This document shows, in pieces, positions 23,413 to 35,707 of a stretch of 47,678 bases of DNA. Source of the stretch: Octopus bimaculoides (lineage: Eukaryota); NCBI RefSeq assembly GCF_001194135.2, contig NC_068982.1, forward strand, positions 11,318,115-11,365,792. The letters are read 5' to 3'. Each line of letters begins with the position of its first letter. Position 1 is the first letter of the stretch. A model generated the notes under the pieces. The model saw nothing but the letters and a program-made list of their open reading frames with translations. It made no database searches and was not told where the DNA came from. The position numbers and the translations under genes were made by a program.

Positions 23413-24429
23413 ATGTAAATAATAAAAATAGAATATATTTATAATTGGTTGTAGACTGTAAGCTTCAATTGTTTCAAATTGATCAGAAATATACCAGCTC
23501 TTTACATACAAACAATATCACTACTAATACGAGTTTATTTTCTATTGATCAAAGCCAGTTATTGTTAGGAAGACTAGTCCTTAAATATCTTAGTTCTGTT
23601 CCTCAGATTAATCTAATAAGGTTCTTTTGAAGTTACTTTATGTTTTTTTTTTCCATTAATGGAGTATGGTGAAAAGATTCAAAGTGAAAGACTGAATCGT
23701 TAACAATAAATAGGTAAAGGTCACATGTACTAATATATTCTTACAAGAATATATAATAAAAGGAAACAATCAGGTTTAAAATAATGTGATTAAAAAAAAG
23801 AAAGGAGATTAAGTTTGTTTATATTATGAATGAAAAAAGTAGGTGTTAAGACGAGTAATACATTGACAGGACTTCAACCTAACTTGTACTACTTATTTCA
23901 GGCTTTGGTATCATTCTTTGCTAACAGCAAACACTTAGTACTTCATTTATCTCTTAAAATCTATAATTAAAAGAAGCTCAAACTGACAAGATCCCGTTGT
24001 TATAAGCAGCACCTAATGTCTTCAAAATTCTTAATTTACTTATAATTAGCTTATATACTTCAGATTTTTAAATGATGATGACAAAGATATATATATACTC
24101 TTTTATTTGTTTCAGTCATTTGACTGCGGCCATGCTGGAGCACCGCCTTTAATATAGTCATCTAATTTCTATCATTAATGGAGTCTTCGTGCTGTTCGTC
24201 ATACACCTAAATAAATTTATAGATTCAGAAAGATTTGTTTTTGTTTTTTTGTCATTCTTTCTTCATAAATTCCACTATGCAGAATCTATCTCAATTTTAA
24301 AATTTTATATAGAACAGTAATGGCTACTTTTTTTTGCAGTCACAGGTCAATTAGTTTTAACATTCTATCGCTTATTTAATTACTTTTGGCTTAGATAGCT
24401 ATCACATTTATATGACTAGGTTTTACTGA

Positions 24430-24722
24430 CATACTCATTTCAGTCTTTAGATTGTGGCCATGCTGGAGCACTGCCTTGAATTTTTTTAGTTGACCGAATC
24501 AACTCCAGTACTTTTTTTTTTCTTTTAAAGTCTGGTACTTATTCTATCATCTCTTTTGTCAAACTGCTAAGTCACAGGAATGGAAACACACAAACAAACA
24601 TATATATGCAATGAACTTCTTTCAGTTTCTGCCTACCAAATGCACTCACAAGACTTTGGTCAGCCCAAGGCTATAGCAGAAGATACATACACAAGGTGCC
24701 ATGGAGTGGAACTAAACCCCAA
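24430..24722 (-). mobile_element. SINE family A, diverged
   Basis: gattgtggccatgctggagcactgcc ... caaggctatagcagaagac...gtgccatgg. A separate tail fragment lies at about 24095-24150. Confidence 0.8.
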
Positions 24723-24854
24723 TGGGCAATTAAATTGAACCTATAACATTTCTAAGCCAACAAATGAAAATATTTTCTGTTCCAGTTTATATTTTTCTTA
24801 TTGTTTTGTTCAATATAATTCCCTACCCATGAATGCATGGCTTTCCAAAATACA

Positions 24855-25222
24855 CTCCTTTGCTTGTTTCAGTCATTTGACTGTGGCCATGCTAGAGCAC
24901 CACCATTAGCCAAATAAATCAACCCCAGGACTTATTCTCTGTAAGCCTAGTACTTATTCTATCGGTCTCTTTTTGCCGAACCGCTAAGTGACAGGGATGT
25001 AAATACACTGACACTGGTTGCCAAGCAATGGTGGGGTTGGAGGGACAAACACAGACACAAACAGAGATATATATATATATGGGCTTCTTTCAGTTTCTGT
25101 CTACCAAATCCACTCACAAGGCTTTGGTCAGCCTGAGGCTATAGAAGACACTTGCCCAAGGTTCCACGTAGTGGGACTGAACCCAGAACCATGTGGTTGG
25201 CAAGCAAGCTTCTTACCATAGT
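24855..25222 (-). mobile_element. SINE family A, near full length
   Basis: cttgtttcagtcatttgactgtggccatgc ... gggactgaacccagaaccatgtggttggcaagcaagcttcttacca. Confidence 0.9.
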
Positions 25223-25344
25223 TCATCTTTTATCCCAAATTTTATATTTCTCTGAAGAAGAAATTCTTACACTGGTTTCAGCCTGTTGGTGCAGCACCTG
25301 TTGTAGTAGCACCATATCAAAATTGGTTTATGAAATGGTTAAAA

Positions 25345-25510
25345 AAAGCTCCCAGTACACAACAGTAAAGTGGTTGGCATTAGAAAGGGCATCCAGCCAA
25401 AGAAACGATGCCAAATCAAACTGGAACCTGGTACAGCTCTCCAGCTTACCAGTTCCTGTCAAACCATCCAACTCATGCCAGCATGGAAAGCAGGTGTTAA
25501 TTGATGATGG
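25345..25510 (+). mobile_element. Family B 3' fragment
   Basis: gtggttggcattagaaagggcatccagcc...catgccagcatggaaagc...gatgatg. Confidence 0.8.
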
Positions 25511-26919
25511 AGTACCTTGTATCTGATCTATTTAACAGTGTTTGTGTTCTTTTAATAATAGAATATCAAGAAGATTATCTAAAATTTGCATTAAAAAATG
25601 TGAAGATATAAATGAAAATTAAAACTTAACGCTTTAGTATTTAAACCAGACAAATCTGGCTCAAATATTCCACCTATTTTTTTAAGTTCAAATGGGCCAG
25701 ATCTGGCCTCTCACACCTATCCTTCAATTTCATTTCTAAAAAATATGCACACACAACCTTGAAATCTCAAAGCAGCAACATACTGCAGGATTCAACCAAT
25801 TTGACAGTAATTTTAATACTAAACAAATAAAATTCAAATAAGTATTGTGGTTTTTCCCAAGTATATAAAAAAAATTTGGTAAATTCACACACACACATGC
25901 ATGTAATCACTGGCTTTACATGCATGAAAAGTGATTTAATACATCAGTCATCATGATCTGATTAAAAGTTATTTCAATAAACTGCAGATCATTACATTAT
26001 GTCATTCATTGTGCTACATATAGCTTATTACTTGCCTAAATGCATGCAAAAAAACCCAAAAAAACAACCTAATCTTTTGCTTTTATAGACATTAAATAAT
26101 GAAAATAATTCCAATTTTATATATGTTCCCCAACAAAACAGAGCTTTAAATAAAAACACTGAAATATTCGATGAGAAGTTGAGATTTTTATTTTTGCCTC
26201 TCTTAAAATAAAACTGGGAAATAATATTTTAATTAACATTAAATTAGTTCTGCCCAATTTAATTCAACTTCTGAATCCCTTACAGCAGTCTATATTATAC
26301 TATTCAACCATTTAAACAACAATCCCACACACAAATCTAAATAGTTCAAATAATAATACTTTGAAAAATAAGCTTAAATCTGTAAAAGTTACAATTAATA
26401 TTATTCTTCACATGTCCATAAAAATGAATAACGTTGCTACATTTAACCCAATTATCATTTCCATGTAGCTTAGTGAAATTTAGGGTTTTAATATAAACGG
26501 AAGAACAGATAGAGGCTTCAGTAAAATAGCCTTGTCTCGCTAAGTGTAAATAGGCAGTATACAGAAGGATCAGTCTCCTACAGTAAGTAGCTACAGCAGC
26601 AGTGTAAAAATTAAGGAGTGAATTCAGTGCTGTGTCTTATCAGTGATATACTGACACCATCTCCTGGAAGGTTGTCTCATCTGCATTGTGGTAAGAAGAT
26701 GAGAAATATACAGGCTTCTTTGCAAGATATACTAATATCATGAAGAATTCAGTGTGTCAACTAGATTACTATCTCCTAATTAAGGGGTTGAAACGAGTTT
26801 AGATTCTTTCAATCATGTAAAGCATTAGGAGTACTTAAACATTTTGCTGGAAAATCAAATTCAAGGGGCTTATATTTTAGTGTGTGCGTGTGTGTGTGTG
26901 AGAGAGAGATAGAGAGAGA

Positions 26920-27245
26920 AGGCACACAGGTCCGTGATTAGGGCATTCGATTCACAATTGGAGGGTCATGAGTTTGATTCTTAACAGTGTCCTTGAGCAA
27001 GGCACTTTATTTCATATTGCTCCAGTCCACTCAGCTGGCAAAAAATTGAGTTGCACCTGTAAGTAATTCAAAGGGCCGGATTGTGTCACGTTCTGTGTCA
27101 TCACGAATTTCCCTGAGAACTACATTAAGGGTACATGTGTCTGTGGAGCGCTCAGCCACTTGCATGTCAATTTCACAAGCAGGCTGCCCTGTATCATCAG
27201 ACCAACTGGAACCCTCGTTGATGTAACTGATGGAATACCAGTTCA
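26920..27245 (+). mobile_element. tRNA-derived SINE family G
   Basis: B-box-like gagtttgattc and the gtgtccttgagcaaggcactt block typical of animal SINE central domains, with a distinct tail. Confidence 0.7.
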
Positions 27246-27736
27246 TGTGTGTATGTAAGAAACTGGCCAGAACAAGGACTTCAAGCCTATAATTTTTAGG
27301 GTGCAGAATGGGAATTTGGGGCATTCATATGAACTAGAAATTGAGAAGTCACAGACATTGCTTAACAAAATGCATTTTTTATTATTATTATTTTTTTTTT
27401 TTTTACACTGATGCAAACTGTATAAATCACATGAGATAAAGGATACTGCTGTTATTGAAAGCTGCGATAATAATGAGCACTGGTTTCTTTCACTTTAAAA
27501 GCTATTATGAAAATATAAAACTAATAGTATGTTTTTTTTTTCAATACATCAACTATGAAAAAAGATAATTTTATATTGAACCTCTTTGAGTTCATTTATT
27601 TGTTGATCTATTTTATTTTGACTTACAAGTCTTGAATTATCATGATCACTTCTGTTTACTAACACTTGTCACTTCTAATAAATGTTAAAATGATTTAATT
27701 AGGATTTCAGACAAATAAAGACAAAAACAAACTCAC

Positions 27737-27953
27737 CATAAAATTTGCGTTCCTTTTTAATTTCATTCAATTTTATACTATGGTTGACATCGGGAAGTTC
27801 TTTTTGAAGCATTTTCACAGATTCTAAGCCAGAAAGTACATCATCCTCACATACACCAGGAGATCCAAATGTCCAGTTGACATTATGAACAATAAGTTTG
27901 ACGAGATCTTGTAACCTCAGCACCAATTTTTCAGACAGAGCAAACACTTCATC
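27737..27953 (-). CDS. ARID5B: ARID5B-like, first exon visible in window (BAH-region: DEVFALSEKLVLRLQDLVKL...KERKFY, ends phase 1)
   Basis: Acceptor tttttag|GAT and donor TATG|gtgagt. 217 nt. The translation resembles vertebrate ARID5B DEVIAVSEKVIVKLEDLVKW (recalled, not aligned by software). Confidence 0.9.
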
Positions 27954-28029
27954 CTAAAAAGAGAAAATAATATATTTAAACTAAATTAATCAAATTACAT
28001 GGGGGAAGAATCAATAGTCATCTAAACCA

Positions 28030-28232
28030 AGGCAGCAACCTGGATAAACTGTTATTGTGTTGGGTAAAGTGCTTAGCAACATTTTATCTGCCCTTACATT
28101 TTGAGGTCAGTTTTGCTTTTCATCCCTTTGAAGTAGATAAAATAAATACCAGTTGAGCACTGGGGTCGATGTAATCAATTTACCCTTGTCCCCAAAATTG
28201 TTGGCCCTATACACACATTTAAAATTAATATC
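28030..28232 (+). mobile_element. SINE family C, diverged, just upstream (in gene sense) of the 27953 acceptor
   Basis: gcttttcatccctttgaagtagataaaataaataccagttgagcactggggtcgat. Confidence 0.75.
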
Positions 28233-28441
28233 TAAATGTTGAGGTTTATTATAACAAAAGAATTTCTCTTACAAAAAATTAAATTCTTTGAAACTAATAT
28301 AAAGCATTGAAATGAAAAAAAAAAAATTATATCATAAATTGGCTGTAATTATTAAGAGAAAAGATAATTTGTGTTTCACTGATTATGTTAAGATTTTATT
28401 GAATAGTCACATGAAAATAGTTGAATAACTATTTTCAACCA

Positions 28442-28489
<48 letters not shown>

Positions 28490-29049
28490 CTACATAATTG
28501 AGAGCTTCCATCTCCCCACCTCCTCCTAGTCTGAGATTTGGAATAGAATCATGCTTTTCTTATGTAATTTAAAGAAGACAATGACCTTTACTAGCTCCTC
28601 CTAAATATTTAAAATACTTATTGCACTCACTCTTCTTCTTCTTAGCAAACACTTTCTGGGCTATGCTCCAATAATTTACACAACCTTTATTGTATCTAGA
28701 GTTAGGTTTCCGCCAAGCTATTTCTTATGAATTAACTTCAAAAGAAAAGAAAACATTAACTGCTCTAACCTTCCCAACCTTAGTTATTAAGAGTTCAAAT
28801 CAAGTTGCAACAATTATGCTGTATCCTTATATTATAGGATGGATAAATGAAACTGAATTTGAAAATTAAAAATAAAGAAAAAAAATTTTATTTTCCAAGC
28901 AAAACAAAGAAAGACGGCAGAAGGAAATTATTTAAATATGCATGAACTAGTATCTTGAAATTTTAATATTTATGCCGGTCTATTATTAATGAGCTGCTTC
29001 TTATTAATAATTGCAAATAATTTTCTCTATTCATCAACTGCACCAGTTC

Positions 29050-29440
29050 ATAGTGGTTTCAAATTTTGGCACAAGACCAGTAATTTTGAGGAAGGGGTAA
29101 ATTGACTACATCNNNNNNNNNNNNNNNNNNNNNNNNNNNNNNNNNNNNNNNNNNNNNNNNNNNNNNNGTACTTAACTGGTACTTATTTTTATCGACCCCA
29201 AAAGGATGACAGGCAAGATTGGCCTTGGCAGAATTTGAATTCAGAACACGAAGATTGACAAAACGCCATTCTCAAATGTAATGCTTGTTCATATTGCTTT
29301 GAATTAATCATGCCTCAAGATGAAGCTTCATGGTTTCAATGATGTGACTGTTTATTTTTGAATGACACTGTAGGATAGGTTTGAACATAAAACAGGGTAC
29401 CTGGACTGGATATGACCAGTTTGGGTGCTAAAGGGTTAAT
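29050..29440 (-). mobile_element. SINE family C (with N-gap) abutting a truncated family D MITE
   Basis: SINE C blocks at 29050-29270, then a MITE body ending gctaaagggttaa near 29438. Confidence 0.7.
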
Positions 29441-30820
29441 AGGAAAGGATTCTTTGCATGTTGATGAATATTATAACCAGCATCATAGTCTCAACATCCA
29501 CTTTTGCATGGGTCAGACGGAATTTACTAAGATAAATGTGCCGCAGCCAGAAGTCCTTCCTATCGCCAACTATCTCCTGTTTCCAAGCAAAATTAATATT
29601 TCCACATGGCTGGACATGATTTCATGGAAGACTGGAAACAAATAACTCTGCTTGTATGATAGGAACACTAATTTTACAATTATTGCATGATGTCAAGATT
29701 ATGAAGGCACAAATACATGAACTTTTAATGTTATTTTTTTTGTTTTGTTATACTTAATTTACTGTTTTTGCTTTTCAAACACAAAGAGCAAAAATATCAA
29801 ATGCTCTATTATTGTTATAAGTAAATTTGTGCTTTGACATTCATTTTTTGGTTTTATTTAATCAATAATGAGCAGGCCTTGGATGATAGACTGACCAAAG
29901 GCTTAACTGGATTTGGTAGACAGAAACTGAAAGATATACACACACACACGTGTCTGTGTTTTGTCTTGACATTAGCTGTAAAATGAGCCTCACAAACATA
30001 CAAATCTTCCATAAAAACATGTCTGGCCAAGGAGAAGCATTACTTTCTTGCAAACAGGTAAGGGCTGGTAACAAGAAGTGCATCCAGTCAAAGAAAATCT
30101 ACATTAAATTCTGTCTGACCCATGCAAGCACGGAAAGTGGACAATAAAATGACAATGAGGACGATGAAAATAAATTTAGCTGTTCAAAAGTTTTACATCC
30201 AATATGTTATCATTAACTCACTTTAAACAAGACCACATTACAGTTTCAATAGTTGATACACTAACTGTCCACTTTTCCTCGTTACCTTATTTATATAATA
30301 CTACCATTGATAGATTCATTAAGCAACCTACACCATTTTTATAAAGAGAATATGTCCACAATCTGACTGTTACTGATAATATTGGATACTAAATGATTAT
30401 AGCACCATCATTCTTTTAAGTGAGCAATTACAGCACTATTTTCAAACAATTAGAACATCTCTTGTGCCAACTCATTCTGTACCAGCATTTTGCAAGTACC
30501 TCATGTAAATACTTTTTATGGTTAAAAATGCAAAAAATGCATATTAATTGCAATTTGGGCCTCGAGTACCAGATGATAAAAATATGACCCACTAGATCCC
30601 AGCAAAGAGGAAGAAAGAACTCATTTTACTTAGATGAGAGGTAATATTCTTTTCTACTCTAGGCACAAGGCCCGAAATTTTGGGGAGGGGGCCAGTTGAT
30701 TAGATCGACTCCCAGATAAGAGTTATATTACAATAGGCAAAACAAATTGTCCAAAAGACAGAAAAGCTCCAGTGAGAATGCACACACAGAAGAGAGACTG
30801 AAATGCAAGGACACAACAGG

Positions 30821-30866
30821 ATGAATGCCACGTTTGCATGTTTTAACATGCAAACGTGGCATTCAT
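30821..30866. repeat. Perfect inverted repeat, 22-bp arms with 2-nt spacer
   Basis: atgaatgccacgtttgcatgtt-tt-aacatgcaaacgtggcattcat. Confidence 0.97.
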
Positions 30867-31231
30867 TGGTTGTCTTATTTCTAACAAATGACCAATGAAC
30901 TTAAATATTGCGTTCTGAAAGTTTTAGATAGTTACATTGTGTATCAGGTTATCAATGTACAGGAATTAGCAAGGAGAATATTCAAAATTCATAATAACCA
31001 AGTTATTAACAGCAGGATCAAGCCATCAATTTATGCTTCAAGAGAAAAATATTAAGAAAAATGATAATTGTAAAAATAAATTAAAATATTGTTGAAAAAA
31101 ATAAAAGTAATTTTTAAAAACATTGATATAATGTCTCATGATTTTGTTTTCAATAACATTTTCTCTTAAAAAATTGAAAGAAAATCTCCACTTAGAAATA
31201 TAAAATTACCAGTCAAAAATAAACTCATCAG

Positions 31232-31453
31232 TTAACCATTTAACATTTAAATTGGTCATATCCGGGCCAAATGTTCTTTCTTTTTTATGTTGAAACTAGC
31301 TAGATCTGGCTTCTAACATCTACCCACACATTTTAAAAATAAACAATCACATCTCAAAGCTATGAGACAATACATGATTAATTCAAAACAATGTGAATAA
31401 ATAAATAAATAAGCATCACTTTTGGCAGAGTAATCTGAATGCTAAAGGGTTAA
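31232..31453. mobile_element. piggyBac-like MITE family D
   Basis: ttaa-ccatttaac ... gctaaaggg-ttaa. The body resembles 12395-12622. Confidence 0.8.
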
Positions 31454-31989
31454 ACATTTTCTCAAGAGCTCTTGCAGCAGTATTTTGAATTATAAACTGT
31501 ACCAATCAGATTCTTAGCCAATGCTTTGCAGCGTATTTAATATAAATAAGTAAAAATATATGTAATTATACCAATTTATAAAAAATCATTAATAAAAAAA
31601 AGAGAAAATAGAAGTTTCTTCTCTTTTCCCCAACTCCATGAATTTCATGAAGTTCTTAAATTCACAAAACATTTTTTTTCATGTCTCAATAACTGGCAAC
31701 ATTTAAGGCACAACTTGAAGCATACTTCAGAGTCTGGATAAGCAGTGACAAGAATGTTTTCCTGAAACAGAAATAATTTACAAACCAACTTAAAAACTTT
31801 TTCTATCAATACTTTCCGTTTCAAGTGGTAACAGTTGTTATAAACACTTTGAACAAAAACATTATGACATATTACTTAACATTTTAAACATCCAGAACAA
31901 CTCACTCAACAAGTAGCAGTGCTATTTATTAACTGAAAAGTGGGTGCAGCAACAGCTTCAACATATATTTTTTCCACCAATTTTTATTA

Positions 31990-32047
<58 letters not shown>

Positions 32048-33714
32048 TACTATTCATTNNNNNNNNNNGGGATCTCACAGAATTATGGCATTTCCCTCTT
32101 CAAACTTAAGTCATACTAAAAATATTCAGAATCTTTAAAATAGGACAACATTCATATTTCATGAAAAATGAAACTGCTACTCAATTCCTACTATCATTCT
32201 TGTTTAACCCCAACCTATCTGAGACCACCTCTGGTTCTATGTTACAAACGTTCACGGTTAAATTTATTAAAATTGAAACCTTCCATCAAAATTCCATGCT
32301 AATTTATGTCCTAAACACCAGCTAAATAATGACAAAATTATTTTACTACATTGTTCATTATTTTTCCAAATTTTTTAATCAAAGGCAGCATATTTCAATT
32401 GAAATATGGTAACAAAAAAGGATCTAAAAAATGATTTACAGTAGAATTAAATTTGAAGAGATTTGTGTTATCATGAAGAAGAAATATAAAAGAGAAACTG
32501 GTTTTATAATTAAGCAAAAGTAATATACTACAAGTAAAGATTTTAATTATAAAATATAATGAACTGAAGGATTATCTTTAAAATATTTCTCAAAAAGCTA
32601 TTCAACTTGGGTCAAGTGTAAGCAATAAGTTTAGCAAAGACACTTGAACTTGTTAGCAAAATGATGCAGCTATAAATCACGACAGAAGAAAAACACAAAG
32701 TGCTCCCCACAAAACCCTCAATCAAGCCAGCTATTGATAACGACATAGAGATAATTTTTGAAAGTTAATAAAAATGAAACACATATCTAACGAACAAAAT
32801 AATGTTAAGTTTGTTACCAGTGATCATTTTGATACATTAAAATACAAAAATTGAATTTTATATTGTGTCCTCAGGAATGGAAATACACAAAACAAAGTCA
32901 TTATAGAGTATCAAATAAAACACCTGGCAGAATTTGTTTCACTTCTATAAGATCTGAGTTCATACCCTGTCAAAGCCAAGCTTTACCTTTCAAACTGCCA
33001 AGGGTTGATAAATGATAAATGAGGGATCAGTGAAGAATTGTAGTGGATTTGTAAAATTGTTAAAGCACCAAATGAGATGTCTTGCCTTCTGATGTTATTA
33101 ACATCTGCTACAAGACTGGTACCAAATTGTATTAACCTTGCCATTAGGACTTGGACAGAGACAGACCATAACAAAATTTATTAATTATTTCTCTCTCTCT
33201 CATGCATACATACACTATGTTTTCCATACATACATACATACACACACACATACATTATCTTTTCCATACACTATCTTTTACATGTTTCAGTCATTAGACT
33301 GCGGCCACGCTGGAACACTACCTTCAAAGGTTTAGTCAAACAAACTGATCCCAGTACCATTTTTTTTTTCTGTTTTAAAGCTCGGTACTTATTCCATCAG
33401 TTTCTTTTACATATCATTTAATGTCCACTTTCACATGTTTGCATGGGTCAAACGGTGCAGATGTTCTATGGCTAGATGCTTAATAAATTGTATCCTTAAT
33501 AAATTGTTCAATACAGGCACAAGACCAGCAATTTTGAAGAGGAATTAGTCAATACACACTATTTGGTAAACTGGAATCTGAACCAAATGAGCACAGTACT
33601 TGAAGCATGCACTCAAGCATGTAATGAGACTCACCCATTTATCAGTGTATGAAGCTACTGATAATATATAAACATACAAGTTCCAGTCAGTATACAAACA
33701 GCAGAAAGGGTACC

Positions 33715-33982
33715 GATTTCTATTTGAGAGATGAGGAATTATGTACATTATTTACATTTGACAGATATTTGTTGTCTTCATCTTGTTTGTTGTTAGCACA
33801 ATGTTTCAGCTGATGTACTCTCCAGCCTTCATCAGGTGTCCTGTGGGGAATTTTGAACCTGGGTTCTCATTCCTAAGGTATTTTTCCGATTTTATTATTA
33901 TTCAGGTCACTGCCAGGAATCGAACTCAGATTGCACTCTTTTAACCACTACACCACATACCCGTAACCACTGCACCATATGC
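33715..33982 (-). mobile_element. tRNA-headed SINE (family H) carrying a hammerhead-like motif
   Basis: On the minus strand: A-box TGGTGTAGTGG, B-box GAGTTCGATTCC, then CTGATGA-stem-GAAA at 33835-33804. Confidence 0.7.
33795..33841 (-). ncRNA. Minimal type I hammerhead ribozyme-like motif (probably degenerate)
   Basis: GGACAC-CTGATGA-A-GGCTG-gagagtacat-CAGCT-GAAA-C-AT-T-GTGCT: core, 5-bp stem II and a partial stem I (GACAC/GTGCT). Confidence 0.55.
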
Positions 33983-34051
33983 AGAAAGGACCCACAACAA
34001 AAGCTTAAATCATATAAAGAAAAAACAAAAATATGTCCAAGTGTGATGTCT

Positions 34052-34287
34052 TTAACCCTTTAGTTACCATATCTCTGATGAAATGCACTGCATCTAGTTT
34101 AATTTTGAAAATAATGGAAAATTTTGAAAAATAACTCTTTATTAAACTAGTGTTTGGAACACAAACATGGAATTTTGAAGGAGGTTTTAATTCAGATCAC
34201 TTTGAAGCAGGATGTTTGAATCATAGAATTAAGGTCAAAGGTCGCAGGCATGCAGGCGGGTGGGTTGGTTGGTATCAAAAGAGTTAA
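34052..34287. mobile_element. piggyBac-like MITE family E
   Basis: ttaa-ccctttagttacc ... ggtatcaaaagag-ttaa. Confidence 0.75.
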
Positions 34288-34361
34288 AAGAGATGACTTT
34301 CATTACAACATTTTCTATGTAAGTGATTTCTCTGAGCTATCATGTTTTTCCACAACAATAA

Positions 34362-34580
34362 TAATCCTCTCTACTATAGGAACAAGGCCTGAAATTTTGA
34401 GGGAGGGGACCAATCAATTATATTGATCCCCAAGTTTTTCACTGGTACTTAATTTATTGGCCCCAAAAGGATGAAAGGCAAAGTCGATTTCGGTGGAATT
34501 TGAACTCAGAACAGAGTGACCAGCGAAATATCGCTAAGTATTTCATCCAACGTACTAATGATTCTGCCAGCTCGCTGCCT
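34362..34580 (-). mobile_element. SINE family C, near full length
   Basis: Conserved head, B-box, body and tail. Confidence 0.88.
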
Positions 34581-34609
34581 TCAATGATAATAATAATAAT
34601 AATAATAAT

Positions 34610-35165
34610 ATATGCCCTGATCCAGTACCAGGCAGTGGTTCTCATGGTCTCTGAGCTTAACTGATTGGAAGCGTTATCATGTACATGTTTTGTCTTGGTA
34701 TAAAAGATGGACTAAAGCAAATATTCTGCTCAATACCACAGGTCTACTTGTCGGTTCTTTAACCATAACCAGTTGAGCATGTCCCTTGGTGGCTGACGAT
34801 ATGTGCATCTCTGATCACAAGTAGAATTAGTGGAGGAGCATCATAGACATGTACTGAGAGGAACTCTTTGAAGTTTGAATAATTCACTTCTGGAAACATG
34901 GGTGTTTTGTACATCTTTAAACAACCCTTATTCGGGGACCTTTTGAGCGGGATGGGCTACTGGGCCTGAAGAAAATTCTGACTGGGCCCCACCTGCAAAG
35001 TTATGTGTTGTTTATCTTGATATGAGATAACCATGTCACGCACATATGATTGTGATGCATGTGCCTGGTGTACCCTTATCAGACGGGTAGTCAGGATGGG
35101 TATATTGGGCTTCAAATATTTGTACCCTAGTGTTACTTTGAGGGTATGCGCTGCTCACTCACTCA
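34610..35165. mobile_element. Unclassified GC-richer segment, probably an interspersed repeat
   Basis: A sharp compositional shift flanked by (AAT)n runs and SINEs, with no long ORF. There is a single copy here, so repeat status is inferred. Confidence 0.4.
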
Positions 35166-35169
35166 ATAA

Positions 35170-35664
35170 TAATAATCTTTTCTATTGAAGGCACAATGAT
35201 ACTTATTTTTATCGTCTCCGAAAGGATGGTTAGTAGTAAACTTGACCTCAGCGCAATTTGAACTCAGAATGTAGCAACGGGTGAAATACCACTAAGCATT
35301 TCATCCAGCGTGCTAACAATTCTGCCAGATCACTGCCACTCACTCAATTATCAGCATCGTTTAACGTCCACTTTCCATGCTGGCATGGGTTGGACGATTT
35401 GACTGAGGACCGGTGATCCAGATGGCTACACCAGGCTCCAATCTGATTTGGCAGAGTTACTACAGCTGGATGCCCTTCCTAACGCGAACCACTCCGAGAG
35501 TGTAGTGGGTGCTTTTACGTGCCACCAGCATGAGGGTCAGTCAGGTGGTACTGGCAATGGCCACACTCAAAATGGTGTATTTTACGTGCCACCTGCATGG
35601 GAGCCAGTCCAGCGGCACTGGCAACGATCTCACTTGAATGACTTTTCACGTGCCACTGGCACAA

Positions 35665-35665
<1 letters not shown>
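35170..35665 (-). mobile_element. SINE C (35170-35340) adjoining family B (35352-35665)
   Basis: Family-diagnostic blocks of both elements in the same orientation. Confidence 0.82.

Positions 35666-35707
<42 letters not shown>

Noticed and set aside
24150-24350. Possible mitochondrial insertion (numt) after a truncated SINE
   Set aside because: The resemblance to 16S gacgagaagacc is only a few bases, and there is no sustained match or mitochondrial ORF.
33900-33965. tRNA gene
   Set aside because: A and B boxes are present, but there is no complete cloverleaf or acceptor stem. It is a SINE head, as are the similar heads at 1258, 19630, 37090 and 44155.
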